This document shows, one piece after another, positions 43,280 to 53,103 of a DNA stretch of 64,000 bases (the stretch's first letter is position 1; each line of letters starts with the position of its first letter). The notes beneath the pieces are model-generated. The model searched no databases and had not been told where the DNA came from. It saw only the letters and a program-made list of their open reading frames with translations. Position numbers and translations under genes: made by a program. The stretch comes from a virus (lineage: Duplodnaviria; Heunggongvirae; Uroviricota; Caudoviricetes). The stretch is from positions 32,001 to 96,000 of IMG/VR virus record IMGVR_UViG_646311924_000007; one strand, written 5' to 3'.

Positions 43280-44166
43280 TGCCACTGCTGGATAAGCTGC
43301 GTGAGCAGTACGGGGTCGGACCGGTATGCAGCGAACTGCATATTGCCCCGTCAACGTATTACCATTGTCAGCAACAGCGACATCATCCGGATAAACGCAG
43401 TGCCCGTGCGCAGCACGACGACTGGCTGAAGAGAGAGATACAGCGCGTATACGATGAAAATCATCAGGTGTACGGTGTGCGTAAAGTCTGGCGTCAGTTG
43501 TTACGGGAAGGAATCAGGGTGGCCAGATGTACAGTGGCACGTCTCATGGCGGTTATGGGACTTGCCGGTGTTCTCCGGGGTAAAAAGGTCCGTACGACCA
43601 TCAGCCGGAAAGCCGTTGCCGCAGGCGACCGCGTAAACCGTCAGTTCGTGGCAGAACGACCTGACCAGCTGTGGGTGGCTGATTTTACTTACGTCAGCAC
43701 ATGGCAGGGCTTCGTCTATGTGGCGTTTATCATTGATGTGTTTGCCGGATACATCGTGGGGTGGCGGGTCTCATCGTCTATGGAAACGACATTCGTGCTG
43801 GATGCGCTGGAGCAGGCGTTGTGGGCCCGTCGTCCGTCTGGCACCATCCATCACAGCGATAAAGGCTCTCAGTATGTGTCACTGGCCTATACGGAGCGAC
43901 TAAAAGAAGCCGGATTACTGGCATCAACAGGGAGTACAGGCGACTCGTATGACAACGCGATGGCTGAGAGCATCAATGGTCTTTACAAAGCGGAGGTAAT
44001 ACACCGTAAGAGCTGGAAAAACCGTGCAGAAGTGGAACTGGCCACACTAACGTGGGTGGACTGGTATAACAATCGACGATTGCTGGGAAGGCTGGGCCAT
44101 ACTCCTCCGGCAGAAGCAGAAAAAGCTTATTATGCTTCCATCGGAAACGATGATCTGGCAGCCTGA
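43276..44166 (+). CDS. IS3-family transposase OrfB (DDE)
   Basis: 296 aa with DDE core; overlaps orfA in -1 frame at GGAAAAAATG. Confidence 0.85.
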
Positions 44167-44709
44167 GTTCACAGATAAAACACTCTCCAGGAAACCCGGG
44201 GCGGTTCAGACCGGATATAACCGATGATCTGTTCTATCTGGATTTGGACACGGTTATTGCCGGTGATATACGCCCAATCCTTGAGAATCCACCAACCTGC
44301 TTCACCATGCTTAGGGATTTTTACCATCCACAATATCGTGGTAGCGGTGCCCTGTGGATACCAAATAGTGTAAAAGCACATATCTGGAGTTCATTCTGGC
44401 AAGATCCGGAAGGTTGGATTGCTCGTTGTGTCACTACTGAGTGCTGGGGTGATCAGGGGTTCTTACGGAAGGTTATGGGCGATGATACACCAGCATTTCA
44501 GGATCTGTATCCAGGATGGTTTGTAAGTTACAAGGCCGATGTTGTGGAACCTGGTTCAAAATATGCGAGCGCGCGTTACTCCAGGGGGAATGGGGCATTA
44601 CCAAAGGACTGCCGAATAATCTTTTTCCACGGCAAACCGCGGCCTCGCGAAGTGTCAGAGGATTGGCTTCCCCTCATTAGCTCGTTTTTTGAGCGAGAAT
44701 CAGAATAAT

Positions 44710-44726
44710 ATTGCTCTAATAATTCC
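44710..44726 (+). promoter_or_regulatory. C1 operator-like site (ATTGCTCTAATAATTCC)
   Basis: 13/17 to consensus with perfect first 13 positions; abuts stop of upstream gene. Confidence 0.5.
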
Positions 44727-44734
44727 ATATTTTT

Positions 44735-44764
44735 AAAACGTGATGTACACTCATCACGTTTTTT
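44735..44764. terminator. palindromic hairpin with flanking A/T runs (bidirectional terminator)
   Basis: AAAACGTGATG-TACACTC-ATCACGTTTTTT; stem 44738-44745/44752-44759. Confidence 0.5.
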
Positions 44765-44775
44765 ATTAGAGCAAT
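44759..44775 (-). promoter_or_regulatory. C1 operator-like site in inverted orientation
   Basis: Reverse complement reads ATTGCTCTAATAAAAAA (14/17); forms an inverted operator pair with 44710 around the hairpin. Confidence 0.45.
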
Positions 44776-44789
44776 CTATAAGGTGCACT

Positions 44790-45008
44790 ATGTGGCCATT
44801 CCGACGGAAATATCACTACTGGCTGATCGCCTTTGTTACGCCGACCGGCGGTATCAGGCATGTCATCACCAGGTATCGCAACAAGAGACTCACCTTAGCC
44901 AGAATTTTACAGGCTGCCATAGGTGAGGGACTGGATACAAATTGCGTAGTCCTTCCACCTTCATACTTAGGAAAAATGACCGAAGCACAAGCTAATACGG
45001 AACTTTGA
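44790..45008 (+). CDS. small protein at the icd position of an immI-like operon
   Basis: 72-aa ORF ending 2 nt before next gene; not similar to the two Icd-like proteins elsewhere in the window. Confidence 0.35.
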   Translation: MWPFRRKYHYWLIAFVTPTGGIRHVITRYRNKRLTLARILQAAIGEGLDTNCVVLPPSYLGKMTEAQANTEL

Positions 45009-45009
45009 A

Positions 45010-46272
45010 ATGAGCACTTCAGCACAAAACCAATCAATCGAAAATGTTTCTATCCCTGATGTCCTGAATGCCGGTATCCCGGCCATTATCCAGAACATCC
45101 GAGCCGCGCAACGCCGCGTTAGTTGTGATGACCTCACAGCGCGTTTTTTTGATAATGCGGTTCAGTCAGCGGAGATGCTTCACGCACAGCTTATTGATGT
45201 TTATAACGCAGAAGCTGATAGCCATAACTCCCTGGTAGATGCAGCTGAAAATATGCAGTTGGATCTCGGTCTGAAGGGTAAAGAAATTGAAGAGCTTCAG
45301 CTGGAAATTGAACATTTGAAACGCCAGCAACAGGACGCGATCGAAGATGCGACGCATGACGCCAACCAGCGTGCTGATAATGCCGAACGTATAAGCATTG
45401 AGCTGGAAACAAAACTCAATGAAATGACCGCGATGGTTGTGCTGCGGAACTCACAGATTTCAACTCTAAAATCTCAATATAAAGAGATCATGAAACTTGA
45501 TCCTTTTAACCTTGAGAAACGCTATAACAAAGCCAAAAGCGAGCGACAGGAACTGCGTAAGCAGATTGTCGACCTTAACCAACAGCTCAAAAAGGCTATT
45601 AAAGATGCAAGCGAGGCGCGCGTGGCATTTGCTAATAAAAAAGCAGAGGTTACCGAGCTGGTTAATGAAAACGCCAAATTTGCGACGCTCAAGAAGGAAA
45701 TGTATGGCATTACTGAGCGCCGTTTCCCTGCAAGCAAACTCCATCCGACGTTAGGGCAAATCTCATTCTTCCCGCGCCTCCTGGCTTATGGGATCTCATC
45801 GCCTAAAGAGTTCAATAACGAGCGTCCTTATATCGTTTCTAAGCTGGACTTTGCTTATCAGTTCTGCTGCGACATGGGCTATGCCATTGATATACGTATC
45901 AACGAATGGTTGATGCCAAACTTCCAGCCGTTGGCCATTTTCCGCGAGTTCCAGCCGGAAGGTTGGGTAGAGTTCTTCCATGAAATGATCTGTAAAGAGA
46001 TGGAAAGCCGCCGCCCGGAACTGGTCCGCCGTGTCGAGTGGGCGCAAGAGGTTATGTTGGCAGATGCAGAGCTACCGTTCGAACCGGAATTCATTGATGA
46101 ACTGGCCAATAAAGGGCTGCATACCCTGTTTGATGTGGTTACCCGCCGTCATGAGCAGTTGGTTGTCGAATTGGGTTTAGAGGAAACAGCGGCAAGAAGA
46201 CTTCTCGATGTTTGCTATGCACGTAGCGATGCATGGGAAAAAGAGAACGGCGGCACTATTTACGTTCGCTGA
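45010..46272 (+). CDS. coiled-coil protein at the antirepressor position (Ant1-like?)
   Basis: 420 aa with long coiled coil; behind operator pair and small upstream ORF like P1 c4-icd-ant. Not verified. Confidence 0.4.
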   Translation: MSTSAQNQSIENVSIPDVLNAGIPAIIQNIRAAQRRVSCDDLTARFFDNAVQSAEMLHAQLIDVYNAEADSHNSLVDAAENMQLDLGLKGKEIEELQLEIEHLKRQQQDAIEDATHDANQRADNAERISIELETKLNEMTAMVVLRNSQISTLKSQYKEIMKLDPFNLEKRYNKAKSERQELRKQIVDLNQQLKKAIKDASEARVAFANKKAEVTELVNENAKFATLKKEMYGITERRFPASKLHPTLGQISFFPRLLAYGISSPKEFNNERPYIVSKLDFAYQFCCDMGYAIDIRINEWLMPNFQPLAIFREFQPEGWVEFFHEMICKEMESRRPELVRRVEWAQEVMLADAELPFEPEFIDELANKGLHTLFDVVTRRHEQLVVELGLEETAARRLLDVCYARSDAWEKENGGTIYVR

Positions 46273-46345
46273 TAGTTACAGTGTCACTTTTAATGCTGGT
46301 GGAGTGCGTCCCACCAGCATTTTTTTCGTCCAATGAGGAGGGCAT

Positions 46346-46852
46346 TTGAGTATTTTCAATAAACACGCACACCAGGAACGTCCGTATATCGTCATAGTCG
46401 ATATTGATGGGACGATATCAGAGGCAACGGAAGACAGGCTGCATTTGCTTCCACCACCTGGCAAAGGTGCATTAACAGAGCACTGGAACGAGTTTAACCT
46501 TGCCTGTGACACTGATGCTCCCATCACTCCAGTTATTGATATGGTGCGCCAGTTATTTAACGTTTACACGGTCTGGTTTGTAACCGGGCGCTGTGAGATA
46601 GCCAGGGATAAAACACGAGCCTGGTTGCGTAAGCACGTAACAAACGGGGCTGAGCCTTTGCTATCTATGCGTCCTGCCACCGATGACAGAAATGACGGCC
46701 CAGCAAAGATTGCTCTCCTTAAGAAAATTGGTCTAAGTAAAATCGCGTTCGCGCTGGAAGATAAGATTGAAGTGGCGCGTGTTTTCAGGAGTCACGGCGT
46801 ACTTACGTTAATGGTCAGGGAGTATGAAAACGCGCTTCTCCATCAACAGTAA
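46346..46852 (+). CDS. HAD-superfamily phosphatase-like protein
   Basis: Motif I VIVDIDGTIS near N-terminus; 168 aa. Confidence 0.5.
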   Translation: MSIFNKHAHQERPYIVIVDIDGTISEATEDRLHLLPPPGKGALTEHWNEFNLACDTDAPITPVIDMVRQLFNVYTVWFVTGRCEIARDKTRAWLRKHVTNGAEPLLSMRPATDDRNDGPAKIALLKKIGLSKIAFALEDKIEVARVFRSHGVLTLMVREYENALLHQQ

Positions 46853-46868
46853 TTGCTCTAATAAATCT
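46852..46868 (+). promoter_or_regulatory. C1 operator-like site (ATTGCTCTAATAAATCT)
   Basis: 16/17 to consensus; abuts stop of HAD-like gene, upstream of early-gene block. Confidence 0.6.
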
Positions 46869-46950
46869 TGATTTTTAAAACAGAGAAAGTGAAAATAAAA
46901 ACATGCCGCAAGGCGCGGCATGTATCCAATCAATCACAGGAGCTGAAAAT

Positions 46951-47037
46951 ATGAACACGGCATTCAAAATCATTATGGCCGCGATCTATTTCTGGCTGTT
47001 CTCTATCACTTTTGGCGGCATCGTCGCGCATGGGTAA
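46951..47037 (+). CDS. small hydrophobic peptide (28 aa)
   Basis: MNTAFKIIMAAIYFWLFSITFGGIVAHG with AGGAG 8 nt upstream; below ORF-track size cutoff. Confidence 0.3.
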   Translation: MNTAFKIIMAAIYFWLFSITFGGIVAHG

Positions 47038-47046
47038 GGGGGATGC

Positions 47047-47775
47047 ATGAAAGGCGAAGTGAAAGAGCGCGGCATGATTTTCAACGATGAGATGGTCCGA
47101 GCCATCCTCGAAGGAAGGAAAACGCAGACGCGGCGGATAATGAAAAATCAGCCTGCGGAAGTTGGTCCAGAAGCACCAGTGATGGTTAGGGAAATTGGTG
47201 CAGGTTTTCAGTGGTACGGGGCTGATGGTGTAAGCAGTGTTTTCAATTGCCCCTTTGGTATCGTCGGCGATCGAATTTGGGTTCGTGAAACATGGGCGAT
47301 ATTAGGCAATGAAGATGGTTGCAGTGTGGACTGGAACGACAACCTTTGTCGTGGCGATGAGAAGAACGCAGCAAGGATTTATCGGGCCAGTTGTGAGCAA
47401 AAGCCTGGTGATTACGGTTTATGGTCGATACCCGATGATGCCGACTGGAAACCTCACACTGTGAATGAAAAGTTTGATGGTGGGTGGCGTCCATCAATTC
47501 ACATGCCGCGATGGGCATCACGCATCCTGTTGGAAATTACCAACGTGCGCGTTGAGCGGTTGAACAATATCAGCGAATGCGATGCAAGGGATGAGGGCGT
47601 TCCGCCTGCTGGAAGTTTGCTTCCTGATCACCCGGGAACATTCCTTACTCCCAAGGGGGATTTCGCAATGGCCAAGGTTGCGTTCCAGCGCCTGTGGGAA
47701 TCCATCTATGGTGAAGAAAGCTGGAACGCTAATCCCTTGGTGTGGGTAATCGAGTTTAAGCGCATTCAGGAATAA
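47047..47775 (+). CDS. ASCH/PUA-like domain protein
   Basis: MIFNDEMVRAILEGRKTQTRR near N-terminus typical of ASCH-type phage proteins; alternative start at 47074. Confidence 0.45.
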   Translation: MKGEVKERGMIFNDEMVRAILEGRKTQTRRIMKNQPAEVGPEAPVMVREIGAGFQWYGADGVSSVFNCPFGIVGDRIWVRETWAILGNEDGCSVDWNDNLCRGDEKNAARIYRASCEQKPGDYGLWSIPDDADWKPHTVNEKFDGGWRPSIHMPRWASRILLEITNVRVERLNNISECDARDEGVPPAGSLLPDHPGTFLTPKGDFAMAKVAFQRLWESIYGEESWNANPLVWVIEFKRIQE

Positions 47776-47858
47776 ACCGTGAGTATGCATCAAATCGTCA
47801 GTTTTTCAGGTGGACGAGCATCGGCCTGTCTCGTTCATCTGTTCGAAGAGGTAGTGGC

Positions 47859-48062
47859 ATGACAATCGTAAAAACCCATACCGGCACCGTGATCACCAAA
47901 GACGGGCCGCAGGTAAAAAAACTGCACCAAACAGAGCGGATGTGGGTCGTCGGCAAAAATGAGTTTTACCACAAAGATACCGGACGCCGCCACTTTGCAG
48001 AAAATACGCGCCGTCGACTGCTGTTAGACACCATCAAGCCTATCGAGGTGAAGCATGTTTAA
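47859..48062 (+). CDS. hypothetical early protein
   Basis: 67-aa ORF in tightly packed plus-strand block. Confidence 0.4.
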   Translation: MTIVKTHTGTVITKDGPQVKKLHQTERMWVVGKNEFYHKDTGRRHFAENTRRRLLLDTIKPIEVKHV

Positions 48063-48294
48063 ACAGAACGAAAAAGCTATCGCTCAAATTGCTGATTATA
48101 TCCCGCGTGCGTGCCGGGGTATGCAGTTGCAGGAAGCCAAAGCGCGCCTGGAGAAAAAAATTGCGCTCTATATTGATGACGGCTGTGATGCTGCCGTTCT
48201 TAACGCGGCGTTCGCACCAGCTCTTAACAGTCATACTCGGGAGTCTTTTTTTTCGTGCATCGAAGCGCAACTCCGCAAAGGAGGCAGCCAGTGA
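48055..48294 (+). CDS. hypothetical early protein
   Basis: 79-aa ORF; stop overlaps GTG start of next gene. Confidence 0.4.
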   Translation: MFKQNEKAIAQIADYIPRACRGMQLQEAKARLEKKIALYIDDGCDAAVLNAAFAPALNSHTRESFFSCIEAQLRKGGSQ

Positions 48295-48992
48295 GCGAAA
48301 TTAATTACCGGGCACTGCGTGAGATAGCAAAACAGGCAACACAGGGCGAATGGGTCGCATTTATTTCGCCGGGTACTGGTACGTATGCGGTGCACACGCC
48401 CGGTGATGAACGATGTGAAGACGTTATCAAATGGACCGGCTTTGATGGACAGAAAAATGCAGAGAACAACGCTCGTCATGTTGCCGCGTTCAACCCAAAG
48501 GTTGCACTGGAGCTGCTTGGTGAAATTAAGTGCTTGGAGGACACAAATATTGATGCCACGTGCCGAATTTCAGAGCTTGAGACTAATCTCGCGGCGCTGG
48601 TGGCAGAGAACGCCGGGCTGAAACACGCAATGGCCGTAACTCTTGAGCATGTGTCGGTCACGGATGCAGGGCAGGCTGGTGTTGCTGCAATGATTATCAA
48701 CGATGCCCTACACCACAGCGAAACTCCAGCTACCGATGCTTTTCTGGCTGAAATTCGTGCGGAAGCACGCAACGAGGGGATTAACTATACCGCCAGCCGT
48801 CTTGCTGCTGCGTTCAATCACGGATTTATCAATAAGTCTTTGCGTGAAGTTTTCGACGTTACACGCATGATTTTGTCAGCGAAAGAAGAGTTGGCTAATG
48901 AAGCGCATCCGATTGATGGCCTGTCTGGTGAATATGCGGAGAAATCCCTTGAAGAATGGGCGGAACAGATTCGCAAAGGAAGCAGCCAGTGA
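48291..48992 (+). CDS. early protein, paralog A (Ead/Ea22-like?)
   Basis: GTG start after AAAGGAGG; shares ISELETNLAALVAENAGLK and TDAFLAEIRAEAR segments with paralog at 49276. Confidence 0.45.
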   Translation: MSEINYRALREIAKQATQGEWVAFISPGTGTYAVHTPGDERCEDVIKWTGFDGQKNAENNARHVAAFNPKVALELLGEIKCLEDTNIDATCRISELETNLAALVAENAGLKHAMAVTLEHVSVTDAGQAGVAAMIINDALHHSETPATDAFLAEIRAEARNEGINYTASRLAAAFNHGFINKSLREVFDVTRMILSAKEELANEAHPIDGLSGEYAEKSLEEWAEQIRKGSSQ

Positions 48993-49279
48993 ATATCGAC
49001 ACGACAATAACGATCGATACGCTCCTAAATACCGGTCTGGCACTTCTCGGTTGGCTTTACATCATGTCCCGTACATGGCGATGGCTGGGTTCCATTTTCC
49101 TAAAACAGTGGAAAAAACGGCGCAAACAGGAACTACGCCAGAAGGCATTAGAAGCGTTCTATGACGCATTTGAGCTTAGCCGCATTGAACCAGGTACAAC
49201 AGCCAGGATAGCGACAAAAGGCGACCTGATGATAGTGATGTTCCGACAGGAGAGAGCAGAGAAAGGGGAATCAGCATGA
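48989..49279 (+). CDS. small membrane protein (hypothetical)
   Basis: GTG start overlapping upstream stop; hydrophobic segment LLNTGLALLGWLYIM. Confidence 0.35.
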   Translation: MNIDTTITIDTLLNTGLALLGWLYIMSRTWRWLGSIFLKQWKKRRKQELRQKALEAFYDAFELSRIEPGTTARIATKGDLMIVMFRQERAEKGESA

Positions 49280-49968
49280 AATTTTCCAAATTTTCTGAGT
49301 TGGTGAATCGTATTTTGTCCAACAACCACAGCCATCGTCGCGATATGGATGTAACGATCGTTGTTCATTCGCCTGGCAGCATTGGTTCAACACCTTCAGT
49401 TGAGGTTCAGTCAATTCACGCTGGTTTTGATTGGGATTCCGGGAAAGTGCTTATTTTCCCATCACAGCCACTGACCACGCTAACACCAGAACAGATTACT
49501 GATATCACTGATAGTGTGCGCAAAGGTCAGTCTTGGCACGCATATCAGGAATACAAGAAGCATCAAGAGCAGTTGGAAAAATTGTCGATTGAACTGGATG
49601 CCGCAAAACAGCGCATTGCAGAGCTGGATGGTAATCGCACGGCGCTGGCAGTGGAGAATGCCTCAATGAAGCTGTTTATCAGGGGCTGTTGCTACGTGTT
49701 TGATGGCCAGCAGGATGAAATATCTGATGCGTATATCTGCGCAACAGACGGAGGGATGCCGCAAATTCCAGCCACCGACGCTTTCCTGGCTGAAGCTCGG
49801 GCGCAGGGGGTAGAGATGATGCGCGAACACCCATCAATCAAACTTTGCTCTTTGACGCACATATGTGATGAGTTAGCCGCCCAGCTTCGAAAAGGAGAGC
49901 TGCATATGATGTTTGACGCTGGCATTCACATCAAAGGAGAAGAGCATGGAAATAAAACCAGAAGATGA
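49276..49968 (+). CDS. early protein, paralog B (Ead/Ea22-like?)
   Basis: 230 aa; IAELDGNRTALAVENASMK and ATDAFLAEARAQG parallel paralog A. Confidence 0.45.
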   Translation: MKFSKFSELVNRILSNNHSHRRDMDVTIVVHSPGSIGSTPSVEVQSIHAGFDWDSGKVLIFPSQPLTTLTPEQITDITDSVRKGQSWHAYQEYKKHQEQLEKLSIELDAAKQRIAELDGNRTALAVENASMKLFIRGCCYVFDGQQDEISDAYICATDGGMPQIPATDAFLAEARAQGVEMMREHPSIKLCSLTHICDELAAQLRKGELHMMFDAGIHIKGEEHGNKTRR

Positions 49969-50305
49969 GTTAAGTAATATTGTTTTATTTCCGGTAAAAG
50001 AGGATGACCCACGTAATCAGGTTAATTTTCTTTATGAACCATCGGAAAGACCATATTGCCATCATGCCTCTGTCCGGGTTGATGAAAAAGAGCGTCAGGT
50101 CCGCTGTAAAATCTGCGGTGCAGTTGTGGAGCCATTTGACTGGATGCTCTCTGTTGCGAAAAGAGAAACCAGGCTGGCAGATGATGTAAAACTATTGCGC
50201 CAGGAGGAACAGGAAAGGCGAAAAAATATAGAAAAGCTAATTCAGATTGAGCGTAACGCGAAAGCGCGGATACGCAGAGCGACAAAATCCAGAACTGAAT
50301 ATTAA
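49946..50305 (+). CDS. zinc-ribbon protein (hypothetical)
   Basis: Start ATG 49946 after AAAGGAGAAG; CHH...CKICG cysteine/histidine cluster. Confidence 0.4.
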   Translation: MEIKPEDELSNIVLFPVKEDDPRNQVNFLYEPSERPYCHHASVRVDEKERQVRCKICGAVVEPFDWMLSVAKRETRLADDVKLLRQEEQERRKNIEKLIQIERNAKARIRRATKSRTEY

Positions 50306-50350
50306 ATCAGCACTGTAAATAAAATTTAATCCTTAACCGGAGGTATATCT

Positions 50351-50563
50351 ATGTTAAATACACAGAAAACCATTAACGCGGAAAAATATAACGAGTGGGT
50401 AAAAAAATTCTCTGAGCAGATTTTTAAAATTACTGCTGACGAGAATGTAGCAAAAAATGAATTAGAGCCGTGGACACCTGAAGGAACCGACCCAAATTAT
50501 TGCTGGTGGGAGGTTGATCCGGTTGATGCTGCAAATGAAGCCATGAGTTACCACAACGATTAA
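50351..50563 (+). CDS. hypothetical early protein
   Basis: 70-aa ORF with RBS GGAGGT upstream. Confidence 0.4.
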   Translation: MLNTQKTINAEKYNEWVKKFSEQIFKITADENVAKNELEPWTPEGTDPNYCWWEVDPVDAANEAMSYHND

Positions 50564-50818
50564 TGTCGGGATGCCGCCCGAAAGGGCGGTAATAAAAATG
50601 GCTGAACTAATCGGAGAACAAAACGATGAAAAACCGTAAAGCTAAGATGCTTATCTCCCGTGTATACAGATTTTGCTACCCCAGCCAGTGGTTGAGAGTT
50701 AGCAATCGCCGTGTGGTGTTGTTTTCATTTTCTGGAATTGCCAGAGAGGGAGGCCGAGATAAGCGCAGCGCGGCGCAAAACCGCTGGAAAAACCACTTGC
50801 GCACTAAAGGAGAGTGAT

Positions 50819-51028
50819 ATGGCTATTGCTGCAAGTTACACCATGCATCTCTATTGTGATTGCCTCCAGTGTACAGATGGCAAATATAAGTCGCCAGACT
50901 TCGGTGAGTATATAGGTACGTCATGGGCTGGCTGTGCAAAAGAGGCGCGCAAGGATGGCTGGCGAATAAGCAAAGACAAAACGCGTGCTTTTGCGCCCGG
51001 GCATAAAGTTTTGAGGATTAACAAATGA
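50819..51028 (+). CDS. small Cys-rich protein (hypothetical)
   Basis: Start ATG 50819 after AAAGGAGAG; CDCLQCTDGKYKSPDFGEY motif. Confidence 0.4.
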   Translation: MAIAASYTMHLYCDCLQCTDGKYKSPDFGEYIGTSWAGCAKEARKDGWRISKDKTRAFAPGHKVLRINK

Positions 51029-51867
51029 CCACTATTACCAAAGAGCGACTGCTGACAATCAAGCAGTGGCGCGAAACATACGGACCTGGTAGCAACGTTG
51101 TACTGCCAGCAGAAGAAGCGGAAGAACTGGCACGGATTGCTCTGGCAGCGCTGGAAGCTGAACCTGTTCTGTATCAGTCCTGCACTCGCCCCACTTGGAA
51201 TAGCGGTGTTCCGTGGACGGAATGGAAAGAACGTAGTCGTGAGGGCTACGAAAACGATTTGCGCTTTACAGACACGCCTGACCATGCCGGTTGGATAAAC
51301 AAATGCCGAAAACTATATACCACTCCGCCAGTTCCGGTAATACAGGCTGATGTCGCGCAAGCAATTGAAAACCTCAAGCAGAAGTTAGTGGAATGCAATC
51401 GCTATAACTACTGCGCAGATGCAGTTAAAGGCGTAGAGGATGCCTGCCGTGCTGTTAGCTATAGCCAAGCCGACAATCAACCAGCATCTGGCAACCAGGC
51501 TGCCGAATCCAATCGCGGTAATGAGTGGACTGGCAATCCTGATATTGATAACGCCATCATCATGCTCGACCGCATAGATACGCTGGAAAATTGCGATGAT
51601 GACCGTATTGAGGCTGTTAAGGCTGTTTTGCGTAGACTGGCTGGCAACTCTCCGGTAACTCCGGATAGTTGGATAAGCTGTAGTGAGCGAATGCCGGAAG
51701 AAACGGGTGACATTATTGTTGTTTCTGATGGCATTGTAATGTCAGGGATTTCTTATTCTCGTCGTGACGGGTTCTATATAGCCGCATTGGAGTACGACGA
51801 CGATGAGCCAATTGGCGGTGTAACCCACTGGATGCCGTTACCAGAACCGCCGCAGGAGGCAAAATGA
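51025..51867 (+). CDS. protein with DUF551-like C-terminal domain
   Basis: C-terminal WISCSERMPEE...THWMPLPEPP typical of DUF551 phage proteins as recalled. Confidence 0.45.
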   Translation: MTTITKERLLTIKQWRETYGPGSNVVLPAEEAEELARIALAALEAEPVLYQSCTRPTWNSGVPWTEWKERSREGYENDLRFTDTPDHAGWINKCRKLYTTPPVPVIQADVAQAIENLKQKLVECNRYNYCADAVKGVEDACRAVSYSQADNQPASGNQAAESNRGNEWTGNPDIDNAIIMLDRIDTLENCDDDRIEAVKAVLRRLAGNSPVTPDSWISCSERMPEETGDIIVVSDGIVMSGISYSRRDGFYIAALEYDDDEPIGGVTHWMPLPEPPQEAK

Positions 51868-52124
51868 TGGATGTAAAAGAGAAGGTTTTGCAGGTGATGC
51901 GTTCCCGTGCTGCCCTGCAAGAGAAAGCTCTCGGCGGGGAATATCCATTCAGGATGGCAACCTGGAATTTGCGGTTGGCAATGGAGAAGGAATTTCCTGA
52001 TGAAGAATGGCGTTCGGCAGATTTGCGCAAAATTCTTATGGAGCTGGCTAAAGACGGAGCAGTATCCAAAGATACCTATGCCAGCCGGATTGGTCAGGCG
52101 GTATGGAGACTGGAGGTGCGGTAA
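51864..52124 (+). CDS. hypothetical early protein
   Basis: 86-aa ORF overlapping both neighbours by a few nt. Confidence 0.4.
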   Translation: MMDVKEKVLQVMRSRAALQEKALGGEYPFRMATWNLRLAMEKEFPDEEWRSADLRKILMELAKDGAVSKDTYASRIGQAVWRLEVR

Positions 52125-52405
52125 TGGCTAACCTGCAACTTGCCGTTAAAGGTGAATACTTCGATGCCATGATTCGCGGGGAGAAAACGGAAGAGTATCG
52201 CCTGTGTAATGACTACTGGAATAAGCGCCTCGTTAACTGTAAGTATGACCGCCTGATTATCACAAAGGGATATCCGAAGCGCGAAGACTTCAGTCGCAGA
52301 ATTGACGTCCCGTATAACGGATATGAAATAAAAACAATCACACATCCACACTTCGGTGATAAACCGGTAAAGGTGTTCGCGATAAAAGTGAAGATTAATA
52401 GCTAA
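52124..52405 (+). CDS. ASCH/DUF3850-like small protein
   Basis: Start ATG 52124 overlapping upstream stop; MANLQLAVKGEYFDAMIRGEKTEEYR pattern. Confidence 0.45.
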   Translation: MANLQLAVKGEYFDAMIRGEKTEEYRLCNDYWNKRLVNCKYDRLIITKGYPKREDFSRRIDVPYNGYEIKTITHPHFGDKPVKVFAIKVKINS

Positions 52406-52428
52406 ATTTCAATTAACACGGAGTAATT

Positions 52429-52722
52429 ATGTGGCGCGGTAATAATCATGGCGGAAGTCAGATGATACTTACCGAATATACGTTCGACCACAAAACCAAT
52501 AAATCACGTTCAGTATATTTGCTTCGGCACAATAGCCGCGTAAGAAATACCGTTCTGGAGCAAAATCTGACCGTTGAAATGGATAATTTGGGAAACTTCA
52601 AGCCAACAATATCGCTTGATGATTTTCCGTGTGGTTTAAGCGAAAGAGAAGCAATGCTGAAATTAGCAGAATGGCTACAAAGATTAAGCATTGCTATTGA
52701 AGATAACTGGCCTGAACCTTAA
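52429..52722 (+). CDS. hypothetical early protein
   Basis: 97-aa ORF. Confidence 0.4.
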   Translation: MWRGNNHGGSQMILTEYTFDHKTNKSRSVYLLRHNSRVRNTVLEQNLTVEMDNLGNFKPTISLDDFPCGLSEREAMLKLAEWLQRLSIAIEDNWPEP

Positions 52723-52728
52723 ATTAAT

Positions 52729-53103
52729 ATGATGACACTAAAACATTTTCTTGACCGCCCATTATGGGCGGCAGCCGCAGGCTATGACTTTAATTATATG
52801 GATTGCATGTCTTATACTGCCAATGCATACGACCATTCGTTCAGCCTGCTGTTTAATTCTTTAAGAATATTGCCGGAAACAGAAGTTGGAGAGCTTCATT
52901 TATGGATATTGGGCTTTATCGCGGCTGGAGTTGGTATTGCCGTATGGCCTTTTATTTTCTGGCTGGTGGCTGTTGTAGTGTGGTTTAAGTGCAAGACGTA
53001 CCGGAAAAAGTATTTCTTAGGTGATGGAATGACTGATATTGCCAAAATGAACATTGAAAAATGGACTAAGGAATGTGAAAAGAAATGGCGCAAAAAGAAA
53101 TGA
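52729..53103 (+). CDS. membrane protein (hypothetical)
   Basis: Two predicted TM segments (LWILGFIAAGVGIAVWPFIFWLVAVVVWF). Confidence 0.4.
   Translation: MMTLKHFLDRPLWAAAAGYDFNYMDCMSYTANAYDHSFSLLFNSLRILPETEVGELHLWILGFIAAGVGIAVWPFIFWLVAVVVWFKCKTYRKKYFLGDGMTDIAKMNIEKWTKECEKKWRKKK

Larger units (their letters stand above)
42899..44208 (+). mobile_element. IS629-like IS3-family element, copy 1 (1310 bp), TSD GAC
   Basis: Ends TGAACCGCCCCGG... and ...CCGGGGCGGTTCA; 3-bp direct repeats GAC at 42896-42898 and 44209-44211; orfA/orfB overlap at A-run. Confidence 0.85.
42694..44708 (+). pseudogene. gene of unknown function interrupted by IS629-like insertion
   Basis: Frame 42694..42897 continues in frame at 44209 after removing the IS and one GAC copy (..ELFR|PDITDDLFYLDLDTVIAGD..), giving a ~233-aa protein. 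Confidence 0.6.

Noticed and set aside
44790-45008. Calling the 72-aa ORF Icd
   Set aside because: It occupies the icd position but shows none of the FIWRFY/HYHFVIA signature of the two Icd-like paralogs, so the name was not assigned.
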